Source of the DNA: Peptococcaceae bacterium
GTDB lineage: Bacteria; Bacillota; Dehalobacteriia; UBA4068; UBA4997
Assembly (NCBI GenBank): GCA_022797295.1
Contig: JAAWKH010000001.1
Span: 186,060 to 250,059, forward strand
Length of the DNA: 64,000 bases
Direction: 5' to 3'
Every line of letters begins with the position of its first letter. The stretch's first letter is position 1. The position numbers were made by a program, and so were the translations under genes. Under the pieces are notes generated by a model. The model was not told the DNA's origin. It made no database searches and saw nothing but the letters and a program-made list of their open reading frames with translations. Positions 46,627 to 57,789 of this stretch are shown piece after piece.

Positions 46627-47739
46627 TTGGCCAATAAAAAAGGACGGATTGATTACTGGCTGTTTTTAATTGTCTTCATTTTGGTTTGCATTGGCCTTGT
46701 GATGGTTCTTTCGGCCAGCCAATATACCGCAACCTACGAAAAGGGCGATTCCTATTATTACCTTAAACGGCAGCTGGTTAATGGAGCGTTGGGTTTGGTG
46801 GTAATGGTTTTGGCTATCAATATTGATTATCGCGTTTATGGCAAAATGCACAATATCATATTCTGGACTGGTGTTGCTTTGATGGTGCTGGGTATGTTTA
46901 CCACGATGGGTGAAACCGGCGGTAGCGGCGAGGGGTCTAAACGTTGGCTTGAAATTGGCGGTATTCGTTTTCAGCCATCAGATGTTATGAAGCTTTCTAT
47001 GATTGTGCAAATTTCCTATTTGCTTTCAATCCGCACCAAACCTTTTAAGAGCTTTATGAAAGATTTTGTACCCTATTTGATATTCACTGGTTTTTGCTGT
47101 GGTCTGGTTGCCTTAATGGATTTGGGTACCGGCATTGCAATGGGTATTACTTTAATGTTGATATTCCTGATTGTGGGCGTGCCAAAACGCTATTTGCTGG
47201 CTTTGATACTTGCTGCTCTTGGGGCGGTGGCCGGATTGGTTGCGATGAAGCCTTATCGCTTGCAACGCTTAACCAGCTTTTTAGACCCCTGGGCAGATTA
47301 CTATGGCAAAGGCTATCAGGTTATTCAATCCCTGCTGGCCATTGGCTCCGGTGGCCTGATGGGCGTTGGCCTGGGCCAGGGCGGCGCCAAATGGTATTAT
47401 CTGCCGGAACAGCATACGGATTTCATTTTTTCCACTTTGGTAGAGGAGGGCGGTATGTTGGCTGGGTTGGTGGTGCTGTTGTTGTTTTTGGCTTTCACCT
47501 GGCGTGGTTTGACTATCGCCTTGAAAGTTAATGATTATTTTGGTACACTGTTGGCTACTGGTTTAACTTTGTTGGTTAGCGTGCAAGCTTTGGTAAATAT
47601 TGCCATTGCTTTGGGCCTGATGCCAGTTACCGGTATTACATTGCCGTTTATTAGCTACGGCGGCACTTCATTGGTAATTTCTTTGGCGGCGGTGGGTGTT
47701 CTGCTGAATATATCACGTCACGCTAGGTTGGAAAAATAG
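46627..47739 (+). CDS. ftsW: SEDS-family peptidoglycan glycosyltransferase FtsW/SpoVE
   Basis: 10-TM SEDS sequence. TTG start at 46627, 7 nt after GAGGAGG. Confidence 0.85.
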   Translation: MANKKGRIDYWLFLIVFILVCIGLVMVLSASQYTATYEKGDSYYYLKRQLVNGALGLVVMVLAINIDYRVYGKMHNIIFWTGVALMVLGMFTTMGETGGSGEGSKRWLEIGGIRFQPSDVMKLSMIVQISYLLSIRTKPFKSFMKDFVPYLIFTGFCCGLVALMDLGTGIAMGITLMLIFLIVGVPKRYLLALILAALGAVAGLVAMKPYRLQRLTSFLDPWADYYGKGYQVIQSLLAIGSGGLMGVGLGQGGAKWYYLPEQHTDFIFSTLVEEGGMLAGLVVLLLFLAFTWRGLTIALKVNDYFGTLLATGLTLLVSVQALVNIAIALGLMPVTGITLPFISYGGTSLVISLAAVGVLLNISRHARLEK

Positions 47740-47777
47740 TTAGCAAAATAAATTTTAAAATAAATGGAGGGATATTT

Positions 47778-48902
47778 ATGAATGTAATGCTAAGCGGCGG
47801 CGGCACTGGCGGGCATATTTACCCAGCTTTGGCTGTGGCTGAGGCTATTCGTCAAAAATATCCCGACTCACGTTTGGTTTATGTTGGCAATGTTGATGGT
47901 ATGGAGCATGAGCTGGCCAAGGAGGCTGGTTATGAGTTTATACCGGTGAGCGTGGCCGGTTTTAAAGGCCGAGGGCCGCTGCAAATGTTGCAAATGCTCT
48001 ACAAAAATTGGCGCGGTTTGGCTGAGGCAAAGGCGTTACTGCGACAGTTTCACCCGGATTTGGTGATTGGTACCGGCGGTTACGCCTGCGGGCCGTTGCT
48101 TTTGGAGGCCACTCGTTTGCACATTCCAACTCTTTTGCATGAGCAAAATGCAATTATGGGCAAAACTAACAAGATTTTGAGCCGTCACGTGAATAAAATT
48201 TGCCTGACATTTCCGATTGCTAATTTACCGGATGCTGTGTCTGCTAAGTGTGAACTGACTGGTTTGCCAGTGCGTCGGGCAATTTTGGAAACGGATACCG
48301 CTGCTGCTCGTCAGCATTTAGGCTTGGCTGTTGATAAGCCGGTGCTGGTGGTAACTGGTGGTAGTCAGGGGGCCAGGCATATTAATCAAGCAATGGCTGA
48401 GCTTTGGCCAGAGTTGTTGGCGGCTGGTGTGCAAATTGTGCACATTACAGGAGAAAAGCTGTTTGATGAAACAGCACAACTGGCCCGCCGGAACGGCTTG
48501 CCAGTTGATCCGAAAACCCAGCAGGCCAAAGATGGTTTTTTGTTGTTGCCTTATCTGCATCATATGGAATATGCTTTGGCCGCTGCGGATTTGGTAATCA
48601 GTCGGGCGGGAGCTTCCTTTTTGGCTGAAGTTATGGCTTTAGGACGGGCGGCTATTTTGGTGCCTTATCCTTATGCGGCGGGAAATCATCAGGTTTATAA
48701 TGCGCAAGCATTGGTGGAGGCTGGGGCCGCTTTGTTGATTGAGGACGCGGCGTTGTCTGCTCAGAGTTTGCGGCAGGCTTTACAAAAAGCGCTTTTTGAT
48801 ATAAATTTAAGGGAAAAAATGGCGGCAAATTCCGCTGCTTTAGGCAAACGGGAGGCCGCAACAGCTATAATTGGCGTTGCAGCTGCCGTAGCCAGGCTTT
48901 AA
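47778..48902 (+). CDS. murG: undecaprenyldiphospho-muramoylpentapeptide beta-N-acetylglucosaminyltransferase
   Basis: GGTGGHIYPALAV N-terminus typical of MurG. GGAGGG RBS. Confidence 0.9.
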   Translation: MNVMLSGGGTGGHIYPALAVAEAIRQKYPDSRLVYVGNVDGMEHELAKEAGYEFIPVSVAGFKGRGPLQMLQMLYKNWRGLAEAKALLRQFHPDLVIGTGGYACGPLLLEATRLHIPTLLHEQNAIMGKTNKILSRHVNKICLTFPIANLPDAVSAKCELTGLPVRRAILETDTAAARQHLGLAVDKPVLVVTGGSQGARHINQAMAELWPELLAAGVQIVHITGEKLFDETAQLARRNGLPVDPKTQQAKDGFLLLPYLHHMEYALAAADLVISRAGASFLAEVMALGRAAILVPYPYAAGNHQVYNAQALVEAGAALLIEDAALSAQSLRQALQKALFDINLREKMAANSAALGKREAATAIIGVAAAVARL

Positions 48903-48933
48903 TGGCCTAAGGTTGATTGGGGAGGAATAGGTT

Positions 48934-50325
48934 TTGTTGAATACGGTTAAGCATGTACATTTTGTAGCCATTGGCGGCATTGGTATGAGCGCCTTGGCTC
49001 GCATACTAAATGGCTGGGGCGTTAAGGTTTCCGGCTCGGATGTGGTGGATAGTGTTATGACGCGTGAGTTGGCTGGCCTGGGGGTTACGGTATACCAAGG
49101 CCACGATGTGGCAAATCTGGCAGATGATGTGGATTTGCTGGTGTATTCGTCAGTTATTCATCAAGATAATCCAGAATATGCTGAAGCCAAGCGGCGGGGT
49201 ATCCGTATTATGTGTCGCGCAGAGCTGTTGGCAGAAATGCTACGTTTGCGTCAAGGCATTGCGGTGGCAGGCGCGCACGGCAAAACTACTACCACCGGTA
49301 TGATTGGCACCGCTTTGCTGCAAATGCAGCAGGAGCCCACGATTGTGGTGGGTGGGGTGCTTTCCACAATCAAGGCCAATTCCTGTTGGGGGTTGGGCAA
49401 CTATATGGTTGCCGAGGCTGATGAAAGCGACGGTTCGTTTTTGATGCTGCCAACTAAGGTGGCGGTGGTTACCAATGTGGAAAATGATCATCTTGACCAT
49501 TATGGTAGTATGGAAAATATTATTAAGGCCTTTGAGCAGTTTGTAAATCAGTTGCCGTCGGACGGCCGGGCTGTAATAGGGTTGGATTGCCCTGTGTTGC
49601 GGGAAATGTTGCCTAGAGTTTCCAGCCAGTGCGTAACATTTGCTTTGCATGACTCAAAAGCGGATTATACGACCAGCGAAATTCATTATCAGGGATTTGG
49701 CAGTTCAACTCAAGTTTTTTGTCGCGGCCAGCTTTTGGGTGATTTGCATTTGGCTGTGCCAGGTGAATATAATGTGGCCAATGCTTTGGCCGCAGTGGCC
49801 ACCCTGCATAGTTTGGGCTTTGCTTTTGCGGATATTGCCGCCGGTTTAGCTGCTTTTAAGGGCACGGTGCGTCGCTTTGAAAAGTTAGGTCAGGATACGG
49901 CGCGACAGATTACGGTTTATGATGACTATGCACATCATCCCAGTGAAATTAAGGCCCTGTTGCAGGGTGCGCGTAATTTGGCAGCCAAACGTTTGGTGGT
50001 GGTTTTTCAGCCGCATCGTTACAGCCGAACGCAGCTTTTGTTCCGAGAATTTGCCTCTGCCTTTGACCAGTCCGACGTTTTGGTGCTGAATGAAATTTAT
50101 CCGGCTTTTGAGGAGCCGATAGACGGGATAAATTCACAAGCTTTGGCCAAGGCTGTGCGTAGCCGGGGTAAGAAGTTTCCGGTTTACTATGCACGTACTG
50201 AAAAGGATGTTTTGCAAACCCTGGATCGAATTGTGGAGAATGGCGATTTGGTGCTGATTGCCGGAGCTGGTAATATTAGGCATACTGGCGAGGTTTATGC
50301 TGCACAAATTGAAGGTGGTAATTAA
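48934..50325 (+). CDS. murC: UDP-N-acetylmuramate--L-alanine ligase
   Basis: HFVAIGGIGMSALA N-terminus and GAHGKTTTT motif. TTG start after GGGGAGGA. Confidence 0.9.
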   Translation: MLNTVKHVHFVAIGGIGMSALARILNGWGVKVSGSDVVDSVMTRELAGLGVTVYQGHDVANLADDVDLLVYSSVIHQDNPEYAEAKRRGIRIMCRAELLAEMLRLRQGIAVAGAHGKTTTTGMIGTALLQMQQEPTIVVGGVLSTIKANSCWGLGNYMVAEADESDGSFLMLPTKVAVVTNVENDHLDHYGSMENIIKAFEQFVNQLPSDGRAVIGLDCPVLREMLPRVSSQCVTFALHDSKADYTTSEIHYQGFGSSTQVFCRGQLLGDLHLAVPGEYNVANALAAVATLHSLGFAFADIAAGLAAFKGTVRRFEKLGQDTARQITVYDDYAHHPSEIKALLQGARNLAAKRLVVVFQPHRYSRTQLLFREFASAFDQSDVLVLNEIYPAFEEPIDGINSQALAKAVRSRGKKFPVYYARTEKDVLQTLDRIVENGDLVLIAGAGNIRHTGEVYAAQIEGGN

Positions 50326-50345
50326 CAGAGAGAGTTGGGAGAAGA

Positions 50346-51308
50346 TTGACTATAGCTATAAATAATCAGGATTTGAATGGGAAAATGGCGGAGCTGTCTG
50401 CTGAGTTTATCGGTACAATTCGTCAGAATGTTTCAATGCAGGAATATACATCTTGGCGGATTGGCGGTTCTGCTGATTGGTTGGTGGAGCCGGCTAATCA
50501 GTCAGAGGTTATACGTGTGCTGGATTTTTGCGCAGACAATGCGGTGCCTTTAACGATAATTGGCCGCGGAAGTAATTTGCTGGTTTCTGATGCGGGCATT
50601 GCCGGACTGGTGTTGCGTATTGGGGAAAATTTGAGCCGTGTGGAGATTGAGCCTCAAGCTGATAATTATTTAGTGAGGGCGGAATGCGGCGTTCTTTTAG
50701 CCGCTTTAAGCCGGCAAACAGCGGAGGCTGGCGTTGGCGGTTTGGAATGGGCTTGTGGAATTCCTGGCAACTTAGGCGGCGCTTTGATGATGAATGCTGG
50801 CGCTTACGGCGCTTCGATTGGTGAATTTGTCACTGAGGTGCAGGTTGCTGCATATACTGGGGCAGAAAAACGGAAGGCGGTTTTGCAGACTTTGCATGGA
50901 GATGATTTGCATTTTGCATATCGCAGTGGTTGTTTACCAGAAAACACAGTGGCGCTTAATGTTGCTTTGTGTTTACCTGCTGGCAATCGCGAGGATTCTT
51001 TGATGCGTATAAGCGAGATTTTAAGCTCTCGCCGGCAAAATCAGCCTTTGGAGTATCCCTCTGCTGGTAGTGTTTTTCGCAATCCGCCGGGATCACACGC
51101 TGGCTATTTGGTTGAGCAGTCTGGTTGTAAGGGTTTAACTGTGGGTGGCGCTCAGGTTTCAGAAAAGCATGGCAATTTTATCATCAATTTGGGCGGAGCC
51201 ACGGCAGCAGATGTGCTTAGTCTTATTGAACAGGTGCAACAAATTGTGGCCAAAAAAACTGGCTATGATTTGGAAACGGAGGTGCGTTTGCTGGGCAGAC
51301 AAAATTAA
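50346..51308 (+). CDS. murB: UDP-N-acetylenolpyruvoylglucosamine reductase
   Basis: FAD-binding MurB sequence. Start codon uncertain: TTG 50346 or ATG 50385. Confidence 0.8.
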   Translation: MTIAINNQDLNGKMAELSAEFIGTIRQNVSMQEYTSWRIGGSADWLVEPANQSEVIRVLDFCADNAVPLTIIGRGSNLLVSDAGIAGLVLRIGENLSRVEIEPQADNYLVRAECGVLLAALSRQTAEAGVGGLEWACGIPGNLGGALMMNAGAYGASIGEFVTEVQVAAYTGAEKRKAVLQTLHGDDLHFAYRSGCLPENTVALNVALCLPAGNREDSLMRISEILSSRRQNQPLEYPSAGSVFRNPPGSHAGYLVEQSGCKGLTVGGAQVSEKHGNFIINLGGATAADVLSLIEQVQQIVAKKTGYDLETEVRLLGRQN

Positions 51309-51348
51309 ACGGGCCGGGGGATGCGACGACATAGGGGAGGCTGGCCTG

Positions 51349-52653
51349 ATGGAAAGACTTTTGATTAATGGCGGCAGAAAACTAGATGGAGAAGTGCAGA
51401 TAAGCGGCGCTAAAAATGCTGTTTTGCCAATTTTGGCAGCATCTTTGCTAACTAATGGCTGTTGCGTTATTAAAAATGTGCCAAAGCTGGATGATGTTTA
51501 CGTAATGCTTTCAGTTTTGGAGGAGCTCTCGGTGCGTGTCAGCTGGCAACGAAACGAGCTGCGTTTGGACTGTTCCAGAGTGGCGCCAGCTGCTCCAAAC
51601 CCAGAAATTTTGGGTAAGATAAGAGCCTCCAATTTGATTTTGGGACCGCTTTTGGGTCGTTTTAAGGAAGCTGAAATTGGAGCCTGCGGTGGTTGTTCCA
51701 TTGGTAGCCGCCCAATGAATTTGCATTTTGCGGCGTTGGAGGTTTTGGGAGCCAAGGTTTTGCCTTTGGAGGCAGGTTATTTTGTTTTTGCCAAAGCTTT
51801 GCGTGGTGGCGAGGTACATTTAGCATTTCCTAGTGTTGGAGCAACGGAAAATTTGTTGATGGCCGCCAGTTTAGCTGAGGGTAAAACGGTGCTTTATAAT
51901 GCTGCGACTGAGCCTGAAATTGTTGATTTGGCAGGTTTTATCAATGCTATGGGTGGCAAAATTAGTGGCGCAGGTAGCGATGTTATTACGATTGAGGGAG
52001 TTAAGAGACTCGGCGGAGCGGAATATACAATAATGCCAGACCGTATTGAAACAGGCACTTTGTTGGTGGCTGGGGCGATGTGTGGTGGACGTTTGCATTT
52101 GTCTGGCGCTCGGCCGGAGCATAATCAGGCTTTATTGCAAGCATTGCAGCAGGCAGGAATTAGTTTTACATATAATATTGGTGACAGTAAAGAAAGCTTT
52201 ATTGAGATTTGCGGCTGTGCTGGCCGTCCCTTGCCTTTACAAATAACCACAGCATCTTATCCCGGTTTCCCCACGGATATGCAGCCGCAGCTTGCGGCAA
52301 TGCTTAGCTTGTCACAAGGGCAATCTGTAATTTGTGAACGAATTTTTGAAAATCGTTTTCGTTTTGTGGATGAATTAAAAAAAATGGGAGCCTCTATACA
52401 ATTACGTGGTAATTGTGCTATAATAGATGGTGTGACGAGGTTGCACGGAATGTCAGTTTGCGCTACTGACCTGCGGGCAGGTGCGGCTATGGTGTTGGCA
52501 GGTTTGGCGGCAACTGGGCGAACAGTGGTTGAACAGGTTGAATATATTGACCGTGGCTATGAGGATTTTGCAGGTAAGCTAAACTGCTTGGGAGCTGATA
52601 TTTGTCGGCTAGATAATTTTGGTAATGAAAAAGGCTGTAAATTGGTGGTTTGA
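51349..52653 (+). CDS. murA: UDP-N-acetylglucosamine 1-carboxyvinyltransferase
   Basis: EPSP-synthase-fold MurA sequence. ORF 51145 is trimmed to ATG 51349 (MERLLINGG...), 8 nt after GGGGAGG. Confidence 0.9.
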   Translation: MERLLINGGRKLDGEVQISGAKNAVLPILAASLLTNGCCVIKNVPKLDDVYVMLSVLEELSVRVSWQRNELRLDCSRVAPAAPNPEILGKIRASNLILGPLLGRFKEAEIGACGGCSIGSRPMNLHFAALEVLGAKVLPLEAGYFVFAKALRGGEVHLAFPSVGATENLLMAASLAEGKTVLYNAATEPEIVDLAGFINAMGGKISGAGSDVITIEGVKRLGGAEYTIMPDRIETGTLLVAGAMCGGRLHLSGARPEHNQALLQALQQAGISFTYNIGDSKESFIEICGCAGRPLPLQITTASYPGFPTDMQPQLAAMLSLSQGQSVICERIFENRFRFVDELKKMGASIQLRGNCAIIDGVTRLHGMSVCATDLRAGAAMVLAGLAATGRTVVEQVEYIDRGYEDFAGKLNCLGADICRLDNFGNEKGCKLVV

Positions 52654-52683
52654 TTTTTAGATTAGCGAATAAAAACGTTTGGT

Positions 52684-53511
52684 TTGTTGGCAGGTGGCAA
52701 ATTGGGCAAAGTAGTTTCATTTGAAGCAGAAGTGAATAAGCGAAAAAAACGTCGGGTGGGCAGTTTGGCCTGGATAGGCTGGGTTTGTTTGATGCTGATT
52801 GCCCTAGCGTTGGGCTATGGTTTTGCCCAATCATCAATATTTAATGTGCGTAGTATTGAAGTGAATGGGGTTAGCCGAATTTCAAAGGAAGATATTGTGG
52901 CGCTTTCTGGTTTCACTTTAGGAGGTCATATTTATGAGGCAAACCTCAACAAGGCGCAAACGATGATTAAAACCAATTTGTGGGTGGAGCAGGTGAGCGT
53001 TGAACGACGCCTGCCCTCCACGTTGGTAATCAATGTGATAGAACGGGTGCCAGTGGCTGCTATCATCACGCAGGATTCCCTTTATATTGTGGATTTTAGT
53101 GGAACCCTGCTGTTAAAGCAAAAGCTTTTGGATGGTTTGGCGGTTATTGCTGTTTCCGGGATTACTGGACTTGATCCTGATATTAAATTAGGGTCGGTGC
53201 TGGAACCGGAGGGGGTTGGAGTGGCTTTGTCTGTTATCAAGCAGATGGACGAGCGTTCAGCGGCAGTGGTTTCAGAATTAGACGTCAGCAACACACAAGA
53301 TATTGTGGCCCATTTGAGTTATGGCGTTGATTGCCATTTGGGAGACAAAAGTGATTTTGGCAAAAAATTTACAGTAGCAATGGAAATTATTGATAGTGAA
53401 CGCCGTAAGGGTTTGCTGGAAAGTGTGGATTATATTGATGTTTCCTTGCCTGAGCAGCCGGTTTTGTCGTATCTGAATTTGGAACCAACGGAACCTTGGC
53501 CGGTTTATTGA
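52684..53511 (+). CDS. ftsQ: cell division protein FtsQ/DivIB (POTRA domain)
   Basis: Basic N-terminus, single TM and POTRA-like region. Start codon uncertain (TTG 52684, TTG 52708 or GTG 52729). Confidence 0.65.
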   Translation: MLAGGKLGKVVSFEAEVNKRKKRRVGSLAWIGWVCLMLIALALGYGFAQSSIFNVRSIEVNGVSRISKEDIVALSGFTLGGHIYEANLNKAQTMIKTNLWVEQVSVERRLPSTLVINVIERVPVAAIITQDSLYIVDFSGTLLLKQKLLDGLAVIAVSGITGLDPDIKLGSVLEPEGVGVALSVIKQMDERSAAVVSELDVSNTQDIVAHLSYGVDCHLGDKSDFGKKFTVAMEIIDSERRKGLLESVDYIDVSLPEQPVLSYLNLEPTEPWPVY

Positions 53512-53614
53512 TGATAAATAATATAGTGACAAATTAAAAAAAATAAAAAAACAGCTTATGATAGCAGGATTTAGAGAAAATGTGCCGAAATAATTCAAGA
53601 TTAAGTATGTTAAT

Positions 53615-53691
53615 TAGCATTTTTTGTGTAGCATTATTTTAATTTAGTATTGTAGTTTAGCATTGAAAGTTATCAACAGGCGGGTTATATT
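53615..53691 (+). promoter_or_regulatory. four TAG(C/T)ATT direct repeats overlapping a putative ftsZ promoter (TTGAAA-17-TATATT)
   Basis: TAGCATT at 53615, 53629 and 53658. TAGTATT at 53645. -35 at 53663-53668 and -10 at 53686-53691. Confidence 0.45.
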
Positions 53692-53745
53692 CAAAATTTT
53701 ACTTTGCTTTTATGGCGTTGTATGGCCCGGAAAGGGGTTAGAAGA

Positions 53746-54918
53746 ATGGGAAACCAAGAAACTGGTTATCAAAATGACAATGCGAAGATTTTTGTGGTTG
53801 GTGTTGGTGGCGGTGGCAACAATGCCGTGAACCGTATGATAGATTGTGGGTTGGATACAGTGGAGTTTTTGGCCTTGAACACAGACAGCCAAGCTTTACA
53901 AGTTTCGCGTGCCAAGCAAAAAATTCAGATTGGCACTAAGCTGACTAAAGGCTTGGGCGCGGGGGCGGATCCGGAAGTTGGCCGCAAAGCGGCTGAGGAA
54001 AGCCGCGAGGAAATTAAGAATAAACTTCAAGGCGCGGATATGATATTTATCACTGCTGGAATGGGCGGTGGCACCGGCACCGGCGCTGCGCCGGTTGTGG
54101 CTGATTTGGCCAGAGAAATGGGCGCTTTGACGGTTGGCGTGGTGACCAAACCATTTAGCTTTGAAGGGCGCAAACGTGCTCAGCAGGCGGAAATGGGTAT
54201 TACAGATTTGAAAGAAAAGGTAGACGCGATTATTACGATACCTAACGATAAAATTTTGCAGATGATTGACAAAAAAACTTCAATGGCCGAGGCCTTTTCC
54301 TATGCAGACGAAGTTTTGCGTCAAGGTGTGCAAGGTATATCTGATTTGATTTCTAAATCGGCATTTATTAATGTTGACTTTGCGGATGTTAAAACTATCA
54401 CCAAGAATGCAGGCACTACAATGATGGGTATTGGTATTGCCGATGGTGAGAACAAGGCTTTGGAGGCTGCTCAAGCAGCTATTTCCAGCCAGTTGTTGGA
54501 AACCAGCATTGACGGCGCCAAGGGCATTTTGTTTAACATTACTGGTGGTAGCAGTTTGTCTATGATGGATATTAATGAAGCTTCTGACTTCATTTCCAGC
54601 GTGGCTGACCCAGACGCTAACATTATTATGGGCGCAGGCTATGATGATTCTTTGGGTGAGGCAATCCGGGTTACCGTAGTTGCAACCGGCTTTGACGGCA
54701 AACCTAAGAGTAGCACTCCGTTTACGCTTCCCACTCGTAATTTGAATGTACCGGTGGGACGTGCTGTAAACACTCCCAGCAATAATGGTGGTGGAATTAA
54801 TCTGCCAACACGCCGGGAACAGCCTGAAGTTCCTGCTGCTCCGGCTGCGCCAGAGCCTCCGTCTTTCAAGGTGCCTTCTTTTGATGATGTAGAACTGCCG
54901 TCGTTTTTGCGTAAATAG
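53746..54918 (+). CDS. ftsZ: cell division GTPase FtsZ
   Basis: GGGTGTG tubulin signature ([20 protein letters not shown]). ORF is trimmed to ATG 53746, 7 nt after AAAGGGGT. Confidence 0.95.
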   Translation: MGNQETGYQNDNAKIFVVGVGGGGNNAVNRMIDCGLDTVEFLALNTDSQALQVSRAKQKIQIGTKLTKGLGAGADPEVGRKAAEESREEIKNKLQGADMIFITAGMGGGTGTGAAPVVADLAREMGALTVGVVTKPFSFEGRKRAQQAEMGITDLKEKVDAIITIPNDKILQMIDKKTSMAEAFSYADEVLRQGVQGISDLISKSAFINVDFADVKTITKNAGTTMMGIGIADGENKALEAAQAAISSQLLETSIDGAKGILFNITGGSSLSMMDINEASDFISSVADPDANIIMGAGYDDSLGEAIRVTVVATGFDGKPKSSTPFTLPTRNLNVPVGRAVNTPSNNGGGINLPTRREQPEVPAAPAAPEPPSFKVPSFDDVELPSFLRK

Positions 54919-54969
54919 AGCCAAAAATTGCCAATGAATTTTAGCTGAAAATAAAACATGGTAAAGCAT

Positions 54970-55003
54970 AAGGCGGCTTTTCTTTACGGAAGGCCGCCTT
55001 TGA
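54970..55003 (+). terminator. terminator-like hairpin after ftsZ
   Basis: AAGGCGGCTTTTC-TTTAC-GGAAGGCCGCCTT. The T-tract is weak. Confidence 0.5.
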
Positions 55004-55053
55004 TATTAAAATGAATAGAACCGTCTTGATTGGTAACGAACAGGAGGGAAAAA

Positions 55054-57306
55054 ATGAAATCTGAACAACAGGTTGCGACAACCTTTGATGAATTGTTGGC
55101 GCAAATTCGTGAATATAATCCCAGCTGTGATGAGGAACGTATTCGGCAAGCCTATGAATTGGCTGATCGCTTGCATAAGGATCAGTTGCGGGATTCCGGC
55201 GAACCTTATATTATGCACCCAATGGCCGTGGCTAGTATTCTGGCCAGTTTGCATATGGACGACACTACAATTATGGCTGGTTTGATGCATGATGTGGTAG
55301 AAGATACAGAGATGACTCTGGATGATATTCGCGAGCTTTACGGTCCAGAAATGGTTCTGCTGTTAGATGGTGTTACCAAGCTTTCTAAACTGGCTTTTCG
55401 TTCTAAACAGGAGCGTCAGGTGGAAAACCTGCGCAAAATGTTTTTGGCAATGAGCAAGGATATTCGTATTATTATTATCAAATTGGCTGACCGTCTACAT
55501 AATATGCGTACGCTTGCTTCGCATCATTCAGAACTGCGCAAAAAGGAAATCGCTCTGGAAACTCAGGAGATCTTTGCTCCTTTGGCGCACCGTTTGGGCA
55601 TTTATAAAATTAAATGGGAGCTTGAGGACCTATGCTTGCGTTATCTGGAGCCGGACGCTTATCGAAATTTGGTGGAGCAGATTACGATGCGACGAGATGA
55701 GCGCGAACAGTTACTTAATCAGGTTGGCGAAACCATTCAGAAGCATTTACAGGAGGCAAATATTAAGGCTGAGATTAGTGGGCGGCCAAAAAACTTTTAC
55801 TCAATATATCGAAAAATGCAGCGTCAGAACAAAAACCTGAATGAAATTTATGATATTCATGCGGTTCGGGTACTGGTGGACAACGTGAAAGATTGTTATG
55901 GCGCTTTAGGCACTGTTCACACTCTTTGGAAGCCAATGCCTGGCCGGTTTAAGGATTACATTGCTATGCCAAAGGCCAATATGTACCAAAGCCTGCATAC
56001 AACTGTTATTGGGCCGTCTGGCCAACCTGTTGAGGTGCAAATCCGTACCTATGAAATGCATAGGGTGGCGGAATATGGTATTGCTGCACACTGGAAATAT
56101 AAAGAGGGCAAGGTTGGTTTGGATAACACCAGCAATGTGCGCGATATGGATAATCGTCTGGCTTGGATGCGTCAAATGTTAGATTGGCAGAAAGAGGTTA
56201 GCGACGCCAGAGAGTTTGTGGAAAATGTTAAGGGCGATTTGTTTGGCGATTTGTCGGTTTTTGTGTTTACACCAGCTGGTGATGTGATGGAGTTACCCTA
56301 TGGCGCTACGCCGATTGATTTTGCTTATCGTATTCACACTCAGGTGGGGCACCAATGTGTTGGCGCTAAAGTGGACGGTCGTATTGTACAGTTGGATACA
56401 ACGTTGGAAAATGGTAATATTGTTGAAGTTTTAACTACCCGTGGCACTGGACCAAGCCGGGATTGGTTAAAAATCGCTAAAACCAGTCAGGCTAAAAACA
56501 AAATTCGTCAATGGTTCCGACAAAAAGGTCGGGATGAGTTTTCTGTGCAAAAAGGCCGCACGATGCTGGAGAAAGAGGCCGAAAAACAGAATATGGACAC
56601 GGCGGCAATGTTCAAGAGCGATAGGATTGCGGATATTAGCAAAAAAGCCAATTTTGTTTCGGCTGAAGATATGTATGTGGCTTTGGCGGAAGGTGCTATC
56701 ACAGCGATTGGCATTATTAACCGTATAAAAGATGACAATGCACTGCGCAAAGCGTTGTTTTTAGAGCCTGAACAGCAAGCTGTTAGCAAAACGGCAGCCT
56801 CAACAATGAAGCTTCGTCCTTTTAGCAATGAGAATGCTACCCATGATAAAGGCGTTTGGGTGAAAGGCGAGGCTGATTTAATGGTGCGTATTGCTAACTG
56901 TTGCCGTCCACTGCCTGGTGATGAAATTATTGGTTATATTACCAGAGGGCGCGGTGTTTCCGTGCATAAGGTGGATTGTCCCAATATGAATTATTATCGT
57001 CGCCATGAATCGGAACGTTTGGTGGATGTGCAATGGGATAATGAAAACACTGGCGTTTTCCAGGCGGAGCTGGGTTTGACGGCTGTTGACCGTGACGCGC
57101 TTGCGATGAATGTTATGGCGGCGATTTCGGAAACCAAAACTCGTATCAATTCCATTAGCTTTGATGTTGATGCTGATAAAATTTGTCATGGCACAATTCG
57201 TATTGAAATTAATAATTTGAATCAGTTGGAATATATTATAAATAAATTAAAGAAAATTCGCGGTGTTACTAATGTTTACCGTAGAACTCAGGGAGAAAAA
57301 AACTGA
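55054..57306 (+). CDS. relA: bifunctional (p)ppGpp synthetase/hydrolase Rel (RSH)
   Basis: HD hydrolase, synthetase, TGS and ACT regions. ATG 55054 follows AGGAGGG. Confidence 0.9.
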   Translation: MKSEQQVATTFDELLAQIREYNPSCDEERIRQAYELADRLHKDQLRDSGEPYIMHPMAVASILASLHMDDTTIMAGLMHDVVEDTEMTLDDIRELYGPEMVLLLDGVTKLSKLAFRSKQERQVENLRKMFLAMSKDIRIIIIKLADRLHNMRTLASHHSELRKKEIALETQEIFAPLAHRLGIYKIKWELEDLCLRYLEPDAYRNLVEQITMRRDEREQLLNQVGETIQKHLQEANIKAEISGRPKNFYSIYRKMQRQNKNLNEIYDIHAVRVLVDNVKDCYGALGTVHTLWKPMPGRFKDYIAMPKANMYQSLHTTVIGPSGQPVEVQIRTYEMHRVAEYGIAAHWKYKEGKVGLDNTSNVRDMDNRLAWMRQMLDWQKEVSDAREFVENVKGDLFGDLSVFVFTPAGDVMELPYGATPIDFAYRIHTQVGHQCVGAKVDGRIVQLDTTLENGNIVEVLTTRGTGPSRDWLKIAKTSQAKNKIRQWFRQKGRDEFSVQKGRTMLEKEAEKQNMDTAAMFKSDRIADISKKANFVSAEDMYVALAEGAITAIGIINRIKDDNALRKALFLEPEQQAVSKTAASTMKLRPFSNENATHDKGVWVKGEADLMVRIANCCRPLPGDEIIGYITRGRGVSVHKVDCPNMNYYRRHESERLVDVQWDNENTGVFQAELGLTAVDRDALAMNVMAAISETKTRINSISFDVDADKICHGTIRIEINNLNQLEYIINKLKKIRGVTNVYRRTQGEKN

Positions 57307-57307
57307 G

Positions 57308-57763
57308 ATGAGAGCAGTTGTGCAAAGAGTAACTTCAGCTAGAGTGTTGTTGCAGGAGCAAGATGGGCGCGAGGCAGGACGAATTGGTCGTGGTTTGGCT
57401 GTGCTTTTGGGCGTTGGCAAGGAGGATGGGCCGGCGGACGCCCGCTGGTTGGCTGAAAAAATTGTTAATCTGCGAGTTTTTGCTGATGCGGATGGTAAAA
57501 TGAATCGCGGCCTGTTAGATGTTGGCGGAGAGGTTTTGGCAGTTTCCCAGTTTACGCTTTATGGTGATTGTCGGCGCGGTCGACGGCCGGGGTTTGACCA
57601 AGCGGCTCCGCCAGCGGAGGCTGACGCGCTTTATCAGCTTTTTGTGGCGGAGTTGCAAAAAGCTGTGCCAGTAGCCTGCGGCGTTTTTCAAACGGATATG
57701 TTGGTGGAGATTAATAACGACGGCCCGGTAACGTTGCTGTTGGACAGTCAAAAACTTTTTTAA
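57308..57763 (+). CDS. dtd: D-aminoacyl-tRNA deacylase
   Basis: MRAVVQRV... and SQFTLYGD motifs. The start overlaps the rel stop. Confidence 0.9.
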   Translation: MRAVVQRVTSARVLLQEQDGREAGRIGRGLAVLLGVGKEDGPADARWLAEKIVNLRVFADADGKMNRGLLDVGGEVLAVSQFTLYGDCRRGRRPGFDQAAPPAEADALYQLFVAELQKAVPVACGVFQTDMLVEINNDGPVTLLLDSQKLF

Positions 57764-57789
57764 TAGATGACGGGGAGGTAGTTTGATTA

